A stretch of DNA of 64,000 bases from Bythopirellula sp. GTDB taxonomy: Bacteria > Planctomycetota > Planctomycetia > Pirellulales > Lacipirellulaceae. How positions within the stretch are numbered: position 1 is the stretch's first letter; each line of letters opens with the position of its first letter. The position numbers were made by a program, and so were the translations under genes. The stretch is from NCBI GenBank assembly GCA_965216565.1, contig OZ244170.1, positions 1,344,001 to 1,408,000 on the forward strand, read 5' to 3'. The notes under the pieces are model-generated. The model worked only from the letters and a program-made list of their open reading frames with translations, made no database searches and was not told where the DNA came from. Below, one piece after another: positions 60,152 to 64,000 of the stretch.

Positions 60152-60985
60152 CTAGGCGACCGGCACCTGGCCTGCCACCTTCACCTCTGCCAGCTCCGTC
60201 AATAACGACGCAGCCGTTTTCTGGATACGCTCCAGCGAGTCTTGCAGCTTCTCCCGGTCTCCCGAGTAAAGCTGAATATAGTCCGCAGAATGCTTGAGGG
60301 CATTCGCGAGCCCATGAGCCTTCGCAACGACATAGGATACTGCTTCGGCCTCTAGCTCCCTGACGACCTTGGAAGTCCGCTTACGGTCCTCGCCTTTGTG
60401 CAGTCCTTCATGGGCAACTTCGTGAGCTAGCACCGCAAACTCTTCCGCAGCTGCCATGCCCTTCAGAAGACAAATGGTGCCTCCTTGGGACAGACCTCTT
60501 GCACCATCAAGCTCTTCCTCATAGAGCAGCTCAATGCCACGCTTGCTTACAACTTCACGAAGCTGAGCAAGTGCTTCGCCGGGGTCACCACTAATGTGGT
60601 TGATTTCGGGTAGCTCGTCGCCTTCGGTCTGACTTACGTCAAAGACGTGAACTGCTCGGTAACCGAATAGTTCACGTTCATCGGAGTCGCCAGACTTCTC
60701 CGTTTGCTCATCCTGCTTCTTGCGGACCAGCGGAGCCAGAATGCAAATCCCTTTCTGGCCCTTCTTGACGGCTCGTCCACGCTTGAGCCAAGCTCGAAAT
60801 CCAGCCACTAGCGTGGCTTCGGGAAACTGTCGTGCGATAAGCATGCAGTTTCCAAACGAGTAGCTGTAAAAGCTACTCATCACATCCAGGTAGCTGGCGA
60901 GTTCGTCGCTCTTGCCTGCGGCCAGAGCTTCACCAAGTTCAGCGATTGCCGTCTCCGACAATGCTAGTGCGTCTTCTTTCTTCAT
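60152..60985 (-). CDS. ArdC-like ssDNA-binding/antirestriction protein with zincin-like C-terminal domain
   Basis: YSFGNCMLI..Q, VAGFRAWLKRGRAVKKGQKGI.ILAP, VFDVSQTEG, HEVAH, ELEAEAVSY, SADYI. Confidence 0.85.
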   Translation of the reverse strand: MKKEDALALSETAIAELGEALAAGKSDELASYLDVMSSFYSYSFGNCMLIARQFPEATLVAGFRAWLKRGRAVKKGQKGICILAPLVRKKQDEQTEKSGDSDERELFGYRAVHVFDVSQTEGDELPEINHISGDPGEALAQLREVVSKRGIELLYEEELDGARGLSQGGTICLLKGMAAAEEFAVLAHEVAHEGLHKGEDRKRTSKVVRELEAEAVSYVVAKAHGLANALKHSADYIQLYSGDREKLQDSLERIQKTAASLLTELAEVKVAGQVPVA

Positions 60986-61552
60986 CACAAACCCCTTTCT
61001 CCTTCGTGAGAAGGAAACGTAGTTAGACAACCCTCGAAATGCTGCACGCCGCTTGCCTCGTGCAGAAGTTCAATAACTTCTCCACGAGGGAGCGACGAGG
61101 GGTGTCCAAACCCACGAATGGGTGGAGCTTGTGTGCGGCGAGAATACCACGAGTGATAGGCCTAAGATAATTTTCTGCGAAGTCTGCAACTGGGGTTCAG
61201 AACAGATAGTTCCGCGTAGTCACTCTGAGAGATTCTCTCTCAGCGGGCAGCATCAATGAGCTCGGCTACTTGGAACCACAGTGGAGACGAAGCGTTAAGG
61301 AGCGAGGGTCTTGAGGCAGAGCCAAAATATTCCAAGAGGAAGCAAGACCCGAACCAAAACTGCAAACACTACCGAGCGAGAGTGTCGCTTATGAAGCCGC
61401 TGAGCGGCTTGCTCAATTGGGCTTGCTTGGTGGCTGTTGCTGTGTTGCATTCGGCCAGTTTGCCACGATTTGAGGTGCTACTCAAATCGTGGAATGGCAA
61501 GACCTAGAACCGGAGTTTTACTTGCACTTCGGCTAATTGGAGATACTTGGCG

Positions 61553-64000
61553 TTATGCAACGTCTTCGTCACGAATCTGTCCGTATACTCGCTCTCGTAG
61601 ATGCTGCTTAACCAGCTCCTGGAAAGCTGGGTCATTCATATACTTAGCAAACAGCTCTTCGTTCTGCTCCATCCGGTCAATGAAGAAGTTCTCCAACGCT
61701 TTATCGAACACATATCGGAAGTTGTCGAGTGTGTTGGCCTTGGCAGCTTCGCGGATTTCCTCGTCGTTGACCGCTTCTTCCTGAATCTGATTGAAAAATA
61801 ACTCGTCGGCTTTGGTGAAGTCGGTTCCAAAGCGTTCGTTTACCAATCCGATGAGTGTCGAAAGTTCCACTTTTGGGCTTTCAGACAGACTCGTGCCAAC
61901 GGCGGTAGGGCCGCCAATTTCACCGCCTTTACCCTTGTCGAGTTCGATGCTTCCGTCACTGATTTTCTGAAGGCGGTAGAACTTCAGAGTGACTTCGTCG
62001 TCGAACTGATAGCGTGGTCCCGCCTCACGTCGCGGCAACTTTGAGAGCAGAAAGCGTGCGTAAGCGTAAAGCTTCTCTAGGTCAGAATCCTGAAAAGGGA
62101 TGACTTGTGACAGAAACGCATACAGATTGCGAAACGCCCCGAGCAAGCCCCGAAATTCTTCTTGATGCTCCTCGTCAAGTGCTTTGAAGCGTGTCACGGC
62201 GGGGTCGAGCGTCGCTTGCAGCTTGGCATGGTCTGCCTTGCTCTGTACTGCCTTAGCCTGGAAGAATACTTTGCAAAACGCCTCAACGTCACTCTCATGG
62301 ATAACGTGTTGCTCTTCTATCTTCGCTTGCAGCTCGTAAAGTTGATGCGGGTCGGCTTCCTCGCCAATGTCGGTCCGCTCATAATAAGGCTGAAACGCCT
62401 CGAAGATTTCTTCACGTGAATTGACGAAGTCAAGAACGAACGTGTCTTCCTTGCCACTACAAGTCCGATTGAGCCGCGAGAGTGTCTGAACGGCTTGAAT
62501 TCCGGCTAGCCGCTTATCGACGTACATCGAGTGCAAGAGCGGCTGGTCAAAGCCCGTTTGATACTTCTCAGCAACGATGAGCAGTTGAAACTCTGGTGTA
62601 GCAAACTTCTCCGGGAGTTGCTTTTCCTTGATTGGCTTTCCCGTTTCGGGGTCGGGGTTCATCTCGGGTTCGGTATATGTCTTGCCTGAAATATCGGGGT
62701 CTTCGACGGTCCCAGAAAACGCCACCAAGGTGCGAATGTCACCGTAGCCCTTCTCGGCTATTTGCTTGTCGAATTCTTGCTTGTAGCGAACTGCGTGTAA
62801 GCGTGAACTAGTCACAACCATCGCTTTGGCACGGCCACCAATCTTGTGTCGCGTGTGGGCTCGAAAGTGCTCTAGCATCACTTCGGTCTTCTGAGCGATG
62901 TTGTGTGGATGCAGGCTCATAAAACGGGCTAACGCCTGAGCCGCTTTCCGTTTGTCAACTTCGGGGTCCTCCTCGATGCTCTTCAGCAGTCGATAATAAG
63001 TTTTGTAAGCAGTGTAGTTTGCCAGGACGTCGTGGATAAATCCTTCTTCAATCGCCTGCCGCATGCTGTAGAGGTGGAATGGCTTAGGCTTGCCGTTCCC
63101 ATCTCGACCGCCGAAGACTTCAAGGGTCTTGTACTTCGGCGTCGCTGTGAATGCGAAGAAGCTGATATTTGGCTGTTGACCACGCTTGGCCATCGTGCGG
63201 AGTATCTCTTCTTCGTAATCGTTGAGTCCTTTTTCTTCCGCCTCGACCCGAGCCTTCTCGCGAATCTGCTCTGCCGCGAGCACCGCTTTTAGCTCCGTCG
63301 CCGTTTCACCTGACGCCGAGCTATGTGCTTCGTCAATGATGACGGCGTATTTGCGGTCCTTCTGCGAAGACAGCTTTTCGGTGACAAACGGGAAAGTCTG
63401 TATCGTGACGATGATGATAGGCGTGCCTGCTTCTAGTGCAGTAGCGAGCTGAGCCGATTTGTGGCTCTCGTCGATTTTCTGAACGACGCCTTGCTTGTGC
63501 TCTAGCTGATAAATGGTGTCCTGCAGCTGACGGTCGAGCACCACCCGGTCGGTTACCACAATAACCGAGTCGTAAACCTTGGTGTCCTTTGCGTCGTGCA
63601 GACTAGCGAGCCGATGAGCTAGCCAGCCGATGCTGTTGCTTTTGCCACTACCAGCGGAATGCTGCACGAGATAGTTGTTGCCCGGACCTCTTTCTTTGGC
63701 GTCCGCTTCAAGCTTCGTCACCGCGTCCAACTGGTGGTAACGCGGGAATATCATCGTTTCCTTGCGGACCTTCTTACCACCGACTTTCGTCTCTTTGACT
63801 TCGAGAAAGACGAAACGGGCGAATATGTCGAGCCAAGCATCGCGTTGCCAGACTCCTCGCCATAGGTACTCCGTTTTGTAGCCTTCTGGATTGTCTGGAT
63901 TGCCCGCACCTAATCCGTCGCCACGATTGAGTGGCAGGAAGAATGTCCTCTTGCCGTCGAGCTTCGTCGTCATCGCTACCTGGTCGGTGTCGACTGCAAA
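61553..64000 (-). CDS. hsdR: Type I restriction enzyme R subunit (5' part beyond the window)
   Basis: Frame is open to the window edge (FAVDTDQVAMTT); FPRYHQL, QHSAGSGKS, IIDEAHS, FTATPK, TGFDQP, QTLSRLNR. Confidence 0.95.
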   Translation of the reverse strand, partial: FAVDTDQVAMTTKLDGKRTFFLPLNRGDGLGAGNPDNPEGYKTEYLWRGVWQRDAWLDIFARFVFLEVKETKVGGKKVRKETMIFPRYHQLDAVTKLEADAKERGPGNNYLVQHSAGSGKSNSIGWLAHRLASLHDAKDTKVYDSVIVVTDRVVLDRQLQDTIYQLEHKQGVVQKIDESHKSAQLATALEAGTPIIIVTIQTFPFVTEKLSSQKDRKYAVIIDEAHSSASGETATELKAVLAAEQIREKARVEAEEKGLNDYEEEILRTMAKRGQQPNISFFAFTATPKYKTLEVFGGRDGNGKPKPFHLYSMRQAIEEGFIHDVLANYTAYKTYYRLLKSIEEDPEVDKRKAAQALARFMSLHPHNIAQKTEVMLEHFRAHTRHKIGGRAKAMVVTSSRLHAVRYKQEFDKQIAEKGYGDIRTLVAFSGTVEDPDISGKTYTEPEMNPDPETGKPIKEKQLPEKFATPEFQLLIVAEKYQTGFDQPLLHSMYVDKRLAGIQAVQTLSRLNRTCSGKEDTFVLDFVNSREEIFEAFQPYYERTDIGEEADPHQLYELQAKIEEQHVIHESDVEAFCKVFFQAKAVQSKADHAKLQATLDPAVTRFKALDEEHQEEFRGLLGAFRNLYAFLSQVIPFQDSDLEKLYAYARFLLSKLPRREAGPRYQFDDEVTLKFYRLQKISDGSIELDKGKGGEIGGPTAVGTSLSESPKVELSTLIGLVNERFGTDFTKADELFFNQIQEEAVNDEEIREAAKANTLDNFRYVFDKALENFFIDRMEQNEELFAKYMNDPAFQELVKQHLRERVYGQIRDEDVA

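Overview
This looks like planctomycete DNA (Pirellulales-like, judging by a PEP-CTERM protein with a GDFDxDGDVDG dockerin-like tail), and most of it is accessory. From left to right: (1) 1-4 kb holds two glycoside hydrolases (GH30, and GH5-CBM6-PEP-CTERM). (2) 4.2-27 kb is a light/oxidative-stress-type cluster: nei, PP2C, queD, folE, fasciclin, HDAC, a photolyase-renalase fusion, a decayed FeS-cryptochrome gene, DUF427/429/2256/2867 genes and sdhCAB. It ends in a truncated tyrosine integrase beside a 3' tRNA-Met fragment. (3) 27.8-43.3 kb is a copper-resistance module (TolC, CusBA, CsoR, Csp, multicopper oxidase, three CsoR boxes) bounded by a 22-bp tRNA-derived direct repeat. (4) 43.5-64 kb carries a DDE transposase, an HMA/MacB-type ABC/TolC operon, ParA plus a small partner, a complete iteron-type origin with RepA, ssDNA-binding-like and ArdC genes, and type I R-M hsdR. 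The best candidate for an undescribed system is a ~1.5-kb ORF-poor stretch (about 57330-58880). It folds almost end to end into hairpins with G-U pairs and GNRA tetraloops on the + strand and lies directly upstream of a basic 245-aa protein of unknown function, so it may be a large structured ncRNA-protein module inside a mobile replicon. All family calls come from recognising motifs by eye; no searches were run.
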